From an uncultured Brevifollis sp. (lineage in GTDB: Bacteria; Verrucomicrobiota; Verrucomicrobiia; Verrucomicrobiales; Verrucomicrobiaceae), in assembly GCA_964421275.1 (NCBI GenBank), contig CAYQWE010000013.1, positions 24,672 to 88,671 on the forward strand: a DNA stretch of 64,000 bases, written 5' to 3'. The notes beneath the pieces were generated by a model. The model saw only the letters and a program-made list of their open reading frames with translations, ran no database searches and was not told the origin of the DNA. This document shows positions 46,640 to 55,651 of this stretch, one piece after another. Position numbers and translations under genes: made by a program. Every line of letters starts with the position of its first letter. Positions within the stretch are counted from its first letter, which is position 1.

Positions 46640-46769
46640 CAGGGGATCGGGCACAAGATGCCTGCGCAGTTCATTCCTCAAACAAGACACGGGCATTGCG
46701 TGAGGGGATTCTGCCACGGAAAAAACAGCCGTCTTGCCAATTTTCCCGCCATGTGATATTTCCGCCGCC

Positions 46770-48098
46770 ATGAAGTTCGCCCGCCGCAGTCTTTGCATCG
46801 TGACAGTCATGCTCGCGTCGTTCCTAGACGCGCAGGATGCGGCACCTAGGCCGTGGAAGGACATGCAGGGGCGTATCATCCAGGCTGTCATGGTCGGTGC
46901 TACGGCAGACAGTGTCACGCTACGCATGTCAGATGGGAAGGAGCACCAGATCCCACTCGCCCGCCTTAGCGCAGAGGACCAGGCATTCGTGAAAAGCCAG
47001 ACCCCAGCATCGGTGCCGTCAGTGGCCGCTCCCGCTCCCGCTGCGTCTCCGACTCCGGTGTCATCCGCGCGCATCCCTGTCGAGAAACGTGTGTGGCCTG
47101 CCAGCGTCATTGTCTCCTCGCGTGCCGTTGAAATCCAGCCCGTCGAGGAGTCTGCCGCCACGCGGCGCTTTGTGTATCGTTCAGAGGCGTTTGAGTTCAC
47201 CTCGCAGGCAAAACTGGCCGGCAGCGTGATGAAGGAGGTCGCACGCACCTTTGAGTCCACCCGTGCGCTGGTGACCGCGCTGCCCTGGGGCATCGTCTGC
47301 CGCCCGCCGGAAGGGATGGAGCGCTACCAGGCCGCCCTGTATGAGACGCGCAACGACTACATCGCCGCCGGCGGACCGGCAAACTCGGGCGGCGTGTATT
47401 CCAGCGGTGACAAAATCTTCAAGGTGCCTTTCCCCAGCATCGGCCTGGAGATGCGCGGCAAGACCTACTTCAAGAACGACAACTATGACGGTGGCACGCT
47501 CATCCACGAGATCACGCATCAGATGATGCACAATTACCTGCCCTTCCTGCCCAAGTGGGTGATCGAAGGCACCGCCGAGTACACGGAGATGATCCCCTAC
47601 AACGCGGGAAAATTCCGTACGGAAGCGCACAAAATCGGCATCCGTGATCACGTCCAGGAGATGCAAAGGCGCGGCTACGCGCTCGACATCGGCAGTCTGG
47701 AGACGCACATGACCATGAACCGCGCCACATGGGACGGCATCGCCGACAGCGAGAACCGCGCGATGGGGGAGCTGTATTTCCGCTCCGTGCTGCTCGTCTA
47801 TTTCTTCTGCCACCTCGACGGGCCGGAGGGCAAGAAAGGGCAGCGCTTCCTCCGCTTCATGGACGCCGTGCATGGCGAAACCGAGGCGCTGCGCCTCTTT
47901 TTCGCCGATCCGCGTGTGAAACGTTTCCCCGACGGCCGCTTCCAGTATCCCAAGAGCTTTCCGCCGCCGGACATGAAACCTGAATCCGCCCCCTTCAATC
48001 ATCTGCCCATTCTGCTCGATGACCGCGGCTACTCGCAAATCGCGAAGGAGATCGCCGAAGCCTACCGCTCCATCGGCCTCAAGGTCAACGTGAACTGA
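46770..48098 (+). CDS. secreted protein with SHD1 (SLA1-homology) domain and DUF1570-like HExxH domain
   Basis: The ATG at 46770 is followed by a signal peptide. The SHD1-like block reads WKDMQGRIIQAVMVGATADSVTLRMSDGKEHQIPLARLSAEDQAFV. The putative zinc site reads GTLIHEITHQMMH. Confidence 0.7.
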   Translation: MKFARRSLCIVTVMLASFLDAQDAAPRPWKDMQGRIIQAVMVGATADSVTLRMSDGKEHQIPLARLSAEDQAFVKSQTPASVPSVAAPAPAASPTPVSSARIPVEKRVWPASVIVSSRAVEIQPVEESAATRRFVYRSEAFEFTSQAKLAGSVMKEVARTFESTRALVTALPWGIVCRPPEGMERYQAALYETRNDYIAAGGPANSGGVYSSGDKIFKVPFPSIGLEMRGKTYFKNDNYDGGTLIHEITHQMMHNYLPFLPKWVIEGTAEYTEMIPYNAGKFRTEAHKIGIRDHVQEMQRRGYALDIGSLETHMTMNRATWDGIADSENRAMGELYFRSVLLVYFFCHLDGPEGKKGQRFLRFMDAVHGETEALRLFFADPRVKRFPDGRFQYPKSFPPPDMKPESAPFNHLPILLDDRGYSQIAKEIAEAYRSIGLKVNVN

Positions 48099-48304
48099 GC
48101 CGCGACGTGAACCAGCCTGCCAGGCTGTGATCCACCCGCTGCCGCGGCATCCTGCGGTATCATTTTCCGTCAAATTCACCCCTGCATTTGACGCCCCCCG
48201 CAGACCGTGCAAGATGCCGCGCTTTCCGGCCTCGCGTCCGCTTATTCACAGCGAACCGGCCTCGAAAGCGCCCCAACTGAACGCTTTCCCTCCAAACTCC
48301 GACC

Positions 48305-48334
48305 TTCGTCATTCCGCATTCGGAATTCGTCATT
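48305..48334. promoter_or_regulatory. direct repeat TTCGTCATT (x2, 21-nt register) enclosing the palindrome ATTCCG-CATT-CGGAAT in the carB leader
   Basis: Read directly from the sequence. It ends 14 nt before the carB ATG. Function unknown. Confidence 0.2.
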
Positions 48335-48347
48335 TCCTCCCCCCATC

Positions 48348-51300
48348 ATGCCCAAAGACACCTCCATCAAAACCATCCTCGTCATCGGTTCCGGCCCCAT
48401 CGTCATCGGCCAGGGCTGTGAGTTCGACTACTCCGGCGTCCAGGCCTGCAAGGCCCTGCGCGAGGAAGGCTACCAGGTGGTGCTCATCAACTCCAACCCG
48501 GCCACCATCATGACCGACCCGGAGTTCGCGTTCAGGACTTACATCGAGCCGATCACGCCGGAGATGGTGGAGAAAATCATCATCAAGGAGAAGCCGGACG
48601 TGCTGCTGCCAACGCTTGGCGGCCAGACGGCGCTAAACACCGCCATGTCGCTGCATCGTGCCGGCACGCTCGAAAAACACGGCGTGCGCATGATCGGCGC
48701 GAAGCCAGAAGCCATCGAGAAGGGCGAAGACCGCCTGCTTTTCAAAAACGCCATGCTCAAAATCGGTCTCGACCTGCCGCAGTCCGGCGTGGCCCACACC
48801 ATCGAGGAGGCGCGCAAGATCGCCGACGAAATCGGCACACTGCCGCTCATCATCCGCCCCGCCTACACGCTCGGCGGCACCGGCGGCGGCATCGCCTACA
48901 ACAAGGAGGAGTTTGAAACCATCACCGCCCGCGGCCTCGATCTCTCGCCCGTCAGCGAGGTGCTCATCGAAGAATCGCTGCTCGGCTGGAAGGAGTTCGA
49001 GATGGAGGTCATCCGCGACAAGGCGGACAACTGCGTCATCATCTGCTCCATCGAGAACCTCGACCCCATGGGCGTCCACACGGGCGATTCCATCACCGTA
49101 GCTCCCATCCAGACGCTCACCGACCGCGAATACCAAATCATGCGCGATGCCTCCTTCGCCTGCATCCGCGAAATCGGCGTCGAGACCGGCGGATCGAACA
49201 TCCAGTTCGCCGTCCATCCCGACACGGGCCGCATGATCGTCATCGAGATGAATCCGCGCGTCAGCCGCAGCTCCGCGCTCGCGTCCAAGGCCACCGGCTT
49301 CCCCATCGCGAAGATCGCCGCGAAGCTCGCCGTCGGTTACACACTAGACGAACTGAAAAACGACATCACGCGCCACACCCCCGCCGCCTTCGAGCCGACG
49401 ATTGATTACGTCGTCACCAAGGTGCCGCGCTTCACCTTCGAAAAATTCCCCGGTGCCGATCCGGTGCTCACCACGCAGATGAAATCCGTCGGCGAAGCCA
49501 TGGCGATTGGCCGCACGTTCAAAGAGTCGCTGCAGAAGGCCCTGCGCAGCCTTGAAATCAAACGCTTCGGCCTCATTGGCGACGGCGCGGATGTCGAAGT
49601 CGATGACGAAACTTTAACAACCAAGCTCACCGTCCCCAACGCCGAACGCATCTTCTTCCTTGGACAAGCCTTCGCGAAGGGTTGGGACGTGGAGAAGGTC
49701 TTCTCGCTCACCAAGATCGACCGCTGGTTCTTGAGGCAGATTGAGGAGATTGTGAAGTTCCAAGAAGAGATGAGAAGCACCGACTGGTTCCCGCTTCTCG
49801 ATCCATTTGAAGATCCAGACGGAACTGAAAAGGAGGAACTCGACGCTGCTGAAGCCGGGCGTGACATCGTGCGAAAGGCGAAGCGGCTAGGATTCTCAGA
49901 CCGTCAGATCGAGAACTGCGCGAACTGGAAGTATGATGACATGCACGCTGTGGAGCATCTGATTGCAGTGAACTGCGTGAAGAGGCTGCGGAAGAAAGCA
50001 GGCATCACCCCCACCTACCGCCTTGTGGACACTTGCGCGGCGGAGTTCGAGGCTTACACGCCTTACTACTACAGCACCTACGGCATCGAGGACGAGGTGC
50101 GCGATGGCGACAAGCAGAAGGTCATCATCCTCGGCGGCGGCCCGAACCGCATCGGGCAGGGCATCGAGTTCGACTACTGCTGCGTCCACGCCAGCTTCGC
50201 CCTGCGCGAGCTGGGCTTCGAGACCATCATGGTGAACTCGAACCCCGAGACCGTCTCCACCGACTACGACACCAGCGACAAGCTCTACTTTGAGCCCCTC
50301 ACGCTCGAAGACGTGCTGAACATCTACGAGCGCGAGAACCGCAACGACCAGGTGCTCGGCGTCATCGTGCAGTTCGGCGGCCAGACCCCGCTCAACCTCG
50401 CCAAAGGCCTCGAAGAAAACGGCGTCCGCATCATCGGCACCTCGCCGAAGAACATCGAACTCGCCGAAGACCGCAAGATGTTCGCCAAGCTGCTCGACGA
50501 TCTCGGTTTGCACCAGGCCCCCAGCGGCACCGCCACCTCGCTGGAGGAGGCTTTAGCCATCACCGCGAAGATCGGCTACCCCAGCCTCGTGCGCCCCAGC
50601 TTCGTGCTCGGCGGCCGCGCCATGCAGATCGTCTATAGCGACGCGGAACTCATGCACTACATGCGCACCGCCGTCGAGTTCGCCAACGCTCAATCCGGTC
50701 AATCAGGTCAGCCAAGTCCCGGCTCCCACACCGCCAACAAACCCACCATCTCCGACACCCACCCGCTCCTCATCGACCGCTTCCTCGAAGACGCCACCGA
50801 GGTCGATGTGGACTGCATCAGCGACGGCGAAACGACCGTCATCGGCGCCATCATGGAGCACATCGAAGAGGCCGGCATCCATTCCGGCGACAGCGCCTGC
50901 GTCATCCCGCCCTTCAGCCTCGCGCCGCAGATGCAAGACCGCATCCGCGGTGCCGCGAAGAAGCTCGCGAAGGCCCTCAACGTCCGCGGCTTGATGAACA
51001 TGCAGCTCGCCGTCAAAGGCGACGACTTGTATGTCATCGAGGTCAATCCGCGTGCCAGCCGCACCGCGCCCTTTGTCAGCAAAGCCATCGGCGTGCCGCT
51101 GCCAAAACTCGCCGCCAAGATCATGGCCGGCAAAACGCTCAAAGAACTCGGCTTCACCACCGAAGTCGTCCCCTCGCACCACAGCGTCAAAGAAGCCGTC
51201 TTCCCCTTCAGCAAATTCCCCGGCGTGGACATCATCCTCGGCCCCGAAATGAAGAGCACCGGCGAAGTCATGGGCATCGACCCCGATCTCGGCCTCGCCT

Positions 51301-51740
51301 TCGCCAAGAGCCAGATGGCCGCCGGCGGCACTCTGCCCACGAAGGGCAACGTCTTCATCAGCGTCAAAGAAACCGACAAACATAACGTCGCTAGAATCGC
51401 CAAAGGCTACGCCGACCTCGGCTTCACCCTCTACGCCACCCCCGGCACCGGCCAGGTCATCAAGGATGCCGGCATCCCCGTGAACATCCTCCCCAAACTC
51501 GCCAGCGGCCAGCGCCCCAACGTCATCGACCTGATGAAAAACAAAGACATGGCCCTCGTCATCAACACGCCCTCCGGCAAAAACCCCCGCGAAGACGAAA
51601 TCAAAATCCGCACCGCCGCCATGCAAAACCGCATCCCCATCATGACCACGTTACGCGGAGCCGATGCCGCGCTGAAGGCGATCAAGTCATTGCAAGGGAG
51701 TGAAGTGCAGGTGAGGGCGTTGCAGGAGTATTATAAATAG
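48348..51740 (+). CDS. carB: carbamoyl-phosphate synthase large subunit
   Basis: The ATG at 48348 gives [42 protein letters not shown]. Both ATP-grasp halves and the MGS-like tail are recognisable. The product is 1130 aa. Confidence 0.95.
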   Translation: MPKDTSIKTILVIGSGPIVIGQGCEFDYSGVQACKALREEGYQVVLINSNPATIMTDPEFAFRTYIEPITPEMVEKIIIKEKPDVLLPTLGGQTALNTAMSLHRAGTLEKHGVRMIGAKPEAIEKGEDRLLFKNAMLKIGLDLPQSGVAHTIEEARKIADEIGTLPLIIRPAYTLGGTGGGIAYNKEEFETITARGLDLSPVSEVLIEESLLGWKEFEMEVIRDKADNCVIICSIENLDPMGVHTGDSITVAPIQTLTDREYQIMRDASFACIREIGVETGGSNIQFAVHPDTGRMIVIEMNPRVSRSSALASKATGFPIAKIAAKLAVGYTLDELKNDITRHTPAAFEPTIDYVVTKVPRFTFEKFPGADPVLTTQMKSVGEAMAIGRTFKESLQKALRSLEIKRFGLIGDGADVEVDDETLTTKLTVPNAERIFFLGQAFAKGWDVEKVFSLTKIDRWFLRQIEEIVKFQEEMRSTDWFPLLDPFEDPDGTEKEELDAAEAGRDIVRKAKRLGFSDRQIENCANWKYDDMHAVEHLIAVNCVKRLRKKAGITPTYRLVDTCAAEFEAYTPYYYSTYGIEDEVRDGDKQKVIILGGGPNRIGQGIEFDYCCVHASFALRELGFETIMVNSNPETVSTDYDTSDKLYFEPLTLEDVLNIYERENRNDQVLGVIVQFGGQTPLNLAKGLEENGVRIIGTSPKNIELAEDRKMFAKLLDDLGLHQAPSGTATSLEEALAITAKIGYPSLVRPSFVLGGRAMQIVYSDAELMHYMRTAVEFANAQSGQSGQPSPGSHTANKPTISDTHPLLIDRFLEDATEVDVDCISDGETTVIGAIMEHIEEAGIHSGDSACVIPPFSLAPQMQDRIRGAAKKLAKALNVRGLMNMQLAVKGDDLYVIEVNPRASRTAPFVSKAIGVPLPKLAAKIMAGKTLKELGFTTEVVPSHHSVKEAVFPFSKFPGVDIILGPEMKSTGEVMGIDPDLGLAFAKSQMAAGGTLPTKGNVFISVKETDKHNVARIAKGYADLGFTLYATPGTGQVIKDAGIPVNILPKLASGQRPNVIDLMKNKDMALVINTPSGKNPREDEIKIRTAAMQNRIPIMTTLRGADAALKAIKSLQGSEVQVRALQEYYK

Positions 51741-51794
51741 CCCGCACCATCACTTTTGCCGAATCCACGACCACCGCATTCAACCAAACAGACC

Positions 51795-53357
51795 ATGGCA
51801 ACTCCAGCACGAATACTGACACCAATTGGAAACGCGGTTGATGCATATCGCTCGCGATGGCTGGCTGAAAAGAGTGCTCACTACGAACACTTGTGGCGGC
51901 TAATCCACATACAAGAGGCTGTTGTAGTCTCGCTTGGAGCATGTGTAGCGACTCGTCTGCTTGCGTTGTGGGGTGCCAACACCGAGAAGTTGCCACAACT
52001 AAACAAGTTGAGGTCGCTCCTGACAGGCTACTCGGATGACGAAGAAAGCTTCAATGAAAAGCGTTCTGCTGCGGAGTCTTGTTTCAGCGGCAGCATCAAC
52101 GCGTGGGTGAGTCTTTTATCTTGGGTAGCCCGATCTGTATCGCCAAACTCAGACTGTGCTTATGTCAAAGCGGTTGGATCGTATTTGACAGCAACTCCCG
52201 GACAGAACCCAGAACTTGCTTTCTTGCCGTCGTTTCGTGGCATCAGCCCAAATGTCAATGCCTATGAAGCTGCCGAGTTACCACGAATTCGTCGATTTGA
52301 AGCGATCAATGTTCTGAGAAACAAAATCGCTCACGTCCCACTCCCATACGAGCAGCTCGAGAAGCTTCATCTTGGTTTGCAAAGAGAGGTATTCTCGGCT
52401 CTCCACGAGGACTACCGGCCAGAAAACACCGACTTAAATTCGATCAAATGGTTTTCAGTGTTGCGTGGCAAGTTGGCCACTCGAGCCTGCATTATTAATG
52501 GCAGCGATAAGACCGAGAACAACGGAATTACCGTCGGATCAGAAGATGGAGTCATCTTCGAATCAGGACTGAGTTCAGAACTGAAGTGGTCGATTGCTCC
52601 TTTTATCCGGCCCAATGCTGAACTGAAAGTGTCAGTGCTATTTCGGGTGCCTGATTTTGATCCGACCGAGGAGCGTCTGAAAATCGAGTATCACCGATTC
52701 GCGGCGGAATCGAATGCGGTCAAAGAAGAGAACTTGGCAGCGTCCTGCTTGCGTGACTGGCATCTGCAGAAGCTTCCAGCGTCCCCTCGGATAGTTGAAC
52801 TACCACCGGAAGTCATCGCGCAAACACCAGAACCTGAGAGAGCCGTCCCAACGCTCCCAGTGGACACAACTACCGAGTCGACTATACCAGCACTACCACA
52901 TGAAGTGCTGGAGCCTGAACCAGCTCAGATCGGCCCGTTTGCAACGAAGTCCGCAGCAATAAATGCATTCAGACAGGGTGATTTTGAGCAAGCCATCGAA
53001 CTCTTGCTAAAGGTGAAGAACGAGTATTCCCACATGTGGAATGACGCAATGGCGCAGAAGCTCGGTCAGGCATATCTCCGGCACGCTGTTGAAGACAATA
53101 TGACCGATGAAACTCGTCTGAGCTTCCTTCGCGATGCCGAAACCTATCTCAAAGCCTCACTTCGCCACCGCGACGAAGAGTATCGGGGTATTGCACACTA
53201 TGAACTCTCGAAAGTAGCTTACAGGAGATTCAAGTTCACCGGTGATCACGAGTTCATGACAAAGGCGAAGCAGGAGATCGAATCAGCACTACAGATCGTC
53301 GCAGAGACGCGGTTCCTCACTTGGCTAGAATACTTGGAACGAGCAGATGCCGAGTAG
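51795..53357 (+). CDS. orphan protein: HEPN-like Rx4H signature (LRNKIAH) + beta-rich middle + Pro/Glu linker + TPR-like C-terminus
   Basis: The ATG at 51795 is in frame with ORF 51756..53357, which starts at TTG. The region is visibly A/T-rich compared with its neighbours. The R-N-K-I-A-H motif lies at nt 52317-52334. The functional call is inference only. Confidence 0.6.
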   Translation: MATPARILTPIGNAVDAYRSRWLAEKSAHYEHLWRLIHIQEAVVVSLGACVATRLLALWGANTEKLPQLNKLRSLLTGYSDDEESFNEKRSAAESCFSGSINAWVSLLSWVARSVSPNSDCAYVKAVGSYLTATPGQNPELAFLPSFRGISPNVNAYEAAELPRIRRFEAINVLRNKIAHVPLPYEQLEKLHLGLQREVFSALHEDYRPENTDLNSIKWFSVLRGKLATRACIINGSDKTENNGITVGSEDGVIFESGLSSELKWSIAPFIRPNAELKVSVLFRVPDFDPTEERLKIEYHRFAAESNAVKEENLAASCLRDWHLQKLPASPRIVELPPEVIAQTPEPERAVPTLPVDTTTESTIPALPHEVLEPEPAQIGPFATKSAAINAFRQGDFEQAIELLLKVKNEYSHMWNDAMAQKLGQAYLRHAVEDNMTDETRLSFLRDAETYLKASLRHRDEEYRGIAHYELSKVAYRRFKFTGDHEFMTKAKQEIESALQIVAETRFLTWLEYLERADAE

Positions 53358-53460
53358 CGCGACGAATAGACTCAAAGCGCCCCCCAATAAAGAATAAAGT
53401 GTCTGTCCCTTTATAAAGAAAAGCGTTGTCATTATCTTCATTCCTGCTACTCCTCGGCCC

Positions 53461-54543
53461 ATGCGCCAGCGTCGTCTCAAAGCTCCGGCCAACTCGTATG
53501 TCGACACCGCTTACTACCACTGCGTTTCGCGGGTGGTGAATCGGGAGTTTGTGTTCGGCGATGTGGAGAAGGAGCAGTTCGTGAGGTTCATGCGCCTGTA
53601 TGAGCGTCTTTGTGAAGTGCGGGTGGTGACTTACTGCGTGATGTCGAACCACTTTCATGTGCTGGTGGGGGTGCCGAAGAAGCCGGAGGTGATGCCTTCC
53701 AATGTGGAGCTGGTGAAGACCGTGCGGGCGACGCTCGGGGATGTGGAGGCGCTGCGGCTGGAGTGGTCGCTGGGCGAGGCGGCGAAGATCAAATCGGCCA
53801 CTTGGGAGGCAGAAATCCGTGAGCGCTATTTGCGGCGTATGTGGGACGTCTCGCTCTTCATGAAGACGCTGAAGCAGCGATTCACGCAGTGGTTCAACAA
53901 GACTCACAAGCGCAAAGGCACGATCTGGGAGGAGCGCTTTCGCAGTGTGTTGGTGCAGTCTGCTGGCGAGCCGCTGCGGGCCATGGCAGCCTATATCGAC
54001 CTCAATCCCATCCGTGCCGAGATGGTGGAAGACCCGGCAGACTATCGCTGGGGCGGCTACGGTGCCGCGATGGGCGGTGATGTGCTGGCGCTGGAGGGGT
54101 TGCGCGAGCTGGAACGCGTGGAGGATGCGGGCGTGGACGCCGAGGTGGTGGCTCAGAAGCAGAAAGAGCGCCGACGCATGACCAAGGCCGAGCGTCATCA
54201 AGCCACGCTGGAGAAACACCGCACGCTGCTCTACGGACGTGGAGAGGAGCGCGGCGTTGGCAAAGATGGAAGAGCGTTGAAGAAAGGTTTCACGCGGGAG
54301 CGTGCAAGAAAGGTGGTGGCAAATGGCGGTCGTCTGCCAACCAGCGTGTATCTGCGCTGTCGGGTGCGTTATTTTACGGATGGTGCCGTGGTAGGCAGTC
54401 GGGGATTTGTGAACGGTGTGTTCGATGCGGCAAGGAGCCGTTTTGGTGTCAATCGGAAGACGGGAGCGAGACTCATGGGCGGTCTCGCGAAAGACGAAAA
54501 GCTCTACTCGATTAGGCAGCTCGTGCTGGATGTGGTCCAATGA
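53461..54543 (+). CDS. RayT / IS200-like HUH-Y1 transposase-family protein with long C-terminal extension
   Basis: The motifs YYHCVSRVVNREFVF, the HUH motif SNHFHVLV, KGTIWEERFRSVLV, and the tyrosine motif AAYIDLNPIRAEMVEDPADYRWGG are present. Confidence 0.75.
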   Translation: MRQRRLKAPANSYVDTAYYHCVSRVVNREFVFGDVEKEQFVRFMRLYERLCEVRVVTYCVMSNHFHVLVGVPKKPEVMPSNVELVKTVRATLGDVEALRLEWSLGEAAKIKSATWEAEIRERYLRRMWDVSLFMKTLKQRFTQWFNKTHKRKGTIWEERFRSVLVQSAGEPLRAMAAYIDLNPIRAEMVEDPADYRWGGYGAAMGGDVLALEGLRELERVEDAGVDAEVVAQKQKERRRMTKAERHQATLEKHRTLLYGRGEERGVGKDGRALKKGFTRERARKVVANGGRLPTSVYLRCRVRYFTDGAVVGSRGFVNGVFDAARSRFGVNRKTGARLMGGLAKDEKLYSIRQLVLDVVQ

Positions 54544-54670
54544 TCTAGGCACAGAGTGAAACTCCGACTTATCTGGATGTCATGGAGCATCATGCATGAA
54601 CTGAAAAAAGAGGAGCATTTGTACAGCTTGCTGACACAATGGTGGGCAGCGTCGCCCGCCGTTCTGAATT

Positions 54671-55651
54671 ATGAAGAGTCCTGCCCGTTTCCAGATATTG
54701 CCCGTGGTGGCAGTTGGATTGCTGTTATGCGCGGCGGGATTGTTCTGGCCGCAGGCGGGGGGGGCGAGGCCGTTTACTGTAGCCATCAACATCTGGCCCG
54801 GGGCTGAAGGTCTTCTAGTGGCCAGCGATTTGAGTCAAGGTCAGGGAGGGCGAATCAACTACGTCGAGATGTCATGGTCCACGGCGGCAATGAGTCTTTT
54901 TTACAAGCGTGTGGCGGACGCGATCATTGTGACTCCGGACGAGTTGTTGCGTCTTGAGGATGAGGGGGCGCATCCGCGCGCCGTGATGCTGCTGGGCATC
55001 TCACAGGGCTCGGACGCGATCTTAGCACGACATGGTGTAGCAGGCGTGGAGAGTCTGAAAGGCTTGCGTGTCGGCGTGGAGCAGCGCTCGATGGCAGAGT
55101 ACCTGCTGGCGCACGCGTTGGCCGCGCATGGAATGTCTTTGCAGGATGTCGTCGTCGTCCCGCTCAACATGGCAGAGACAGAGGAGGCGTTTAATGAGCG
55201 TGAGTTGGACGCAGTTGTCGTAGCGGACCCCTGGCGGATCCGCATTCAGGAAAAAGGTGCTCATGTGGTTTATGACTCCAAGGACATGGGGTTGGAGATG
55301 TGCCGCCTCCTCATTGCCAGCGAGAGGGCGGTGGAGGAGTTCCCTCGTGAACTTCAAGATCTTGTCAGTACCTGCATGGAGCTCATGCCGGGATTGCGAG
55401 CAATGAATGAAGGGGCCGAACTCGACGCGGTACTGCGGCGTCAAGGGCTGACCCTCAACCAGTGGAAAAAATGCCTGGGGCAGATCCGGTTTCCTGAAAG
55501 TAAGCAAGACGCCAGAGAAATGGGAGGGGAGAGGCTAGTCGAGTGTCTGGAACGCATGCGGAAGCTGATGCGCAAGGAAGGTTTGCTGATGAGGGATTTC
55601 GATGTCAGGCCGCTATTGAGCGCGAAGCTTTCAAAAGGGGGCGCTCCGTGA
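54671..55651 (+). CDS. periplasmic substrate-binding protein, NMT1/NitT-TauT-like
   Basis: An N-terminal anchor or signal is present. The pattern FTVAINIWPGAEGLLVA ... LKGLRVGVEQRSMAEYLL ... LDAVVVADPW is typical of the ABC nitrate/sulfonate/bicarbonate-type SBP fold. No ABC permease or ATPase gene is nearby. Confidence 0.65.
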   Translation: MKSPARFQILPVVAVGLLLCAAGLFWPQAGGARPFTVAINIWPGAEGLLVASDLSQGQGGRINYVEMSWSTAAMSLFYKRVADAIIVTPDELLRLEDEGAHPRAVMLLGISQGSDAILARHGVAGVESLKGLRVGVEQRSMAEYLLAHALAAHGMSLQDVVVVPLNMAETEEAFNERELDAVVVADPWRIRIQEKGAHVVYDSKDMGLEMCRLLIASERAVEEFPRELQDLVSTCMELMPGLRAMNEGAELDAVLRRQGLTLNQWKKCLGQIRFPESKQDAREMGGERLVECLERMRKLMRKEGLLMRDFDVRPLLSAKLSKGGAP

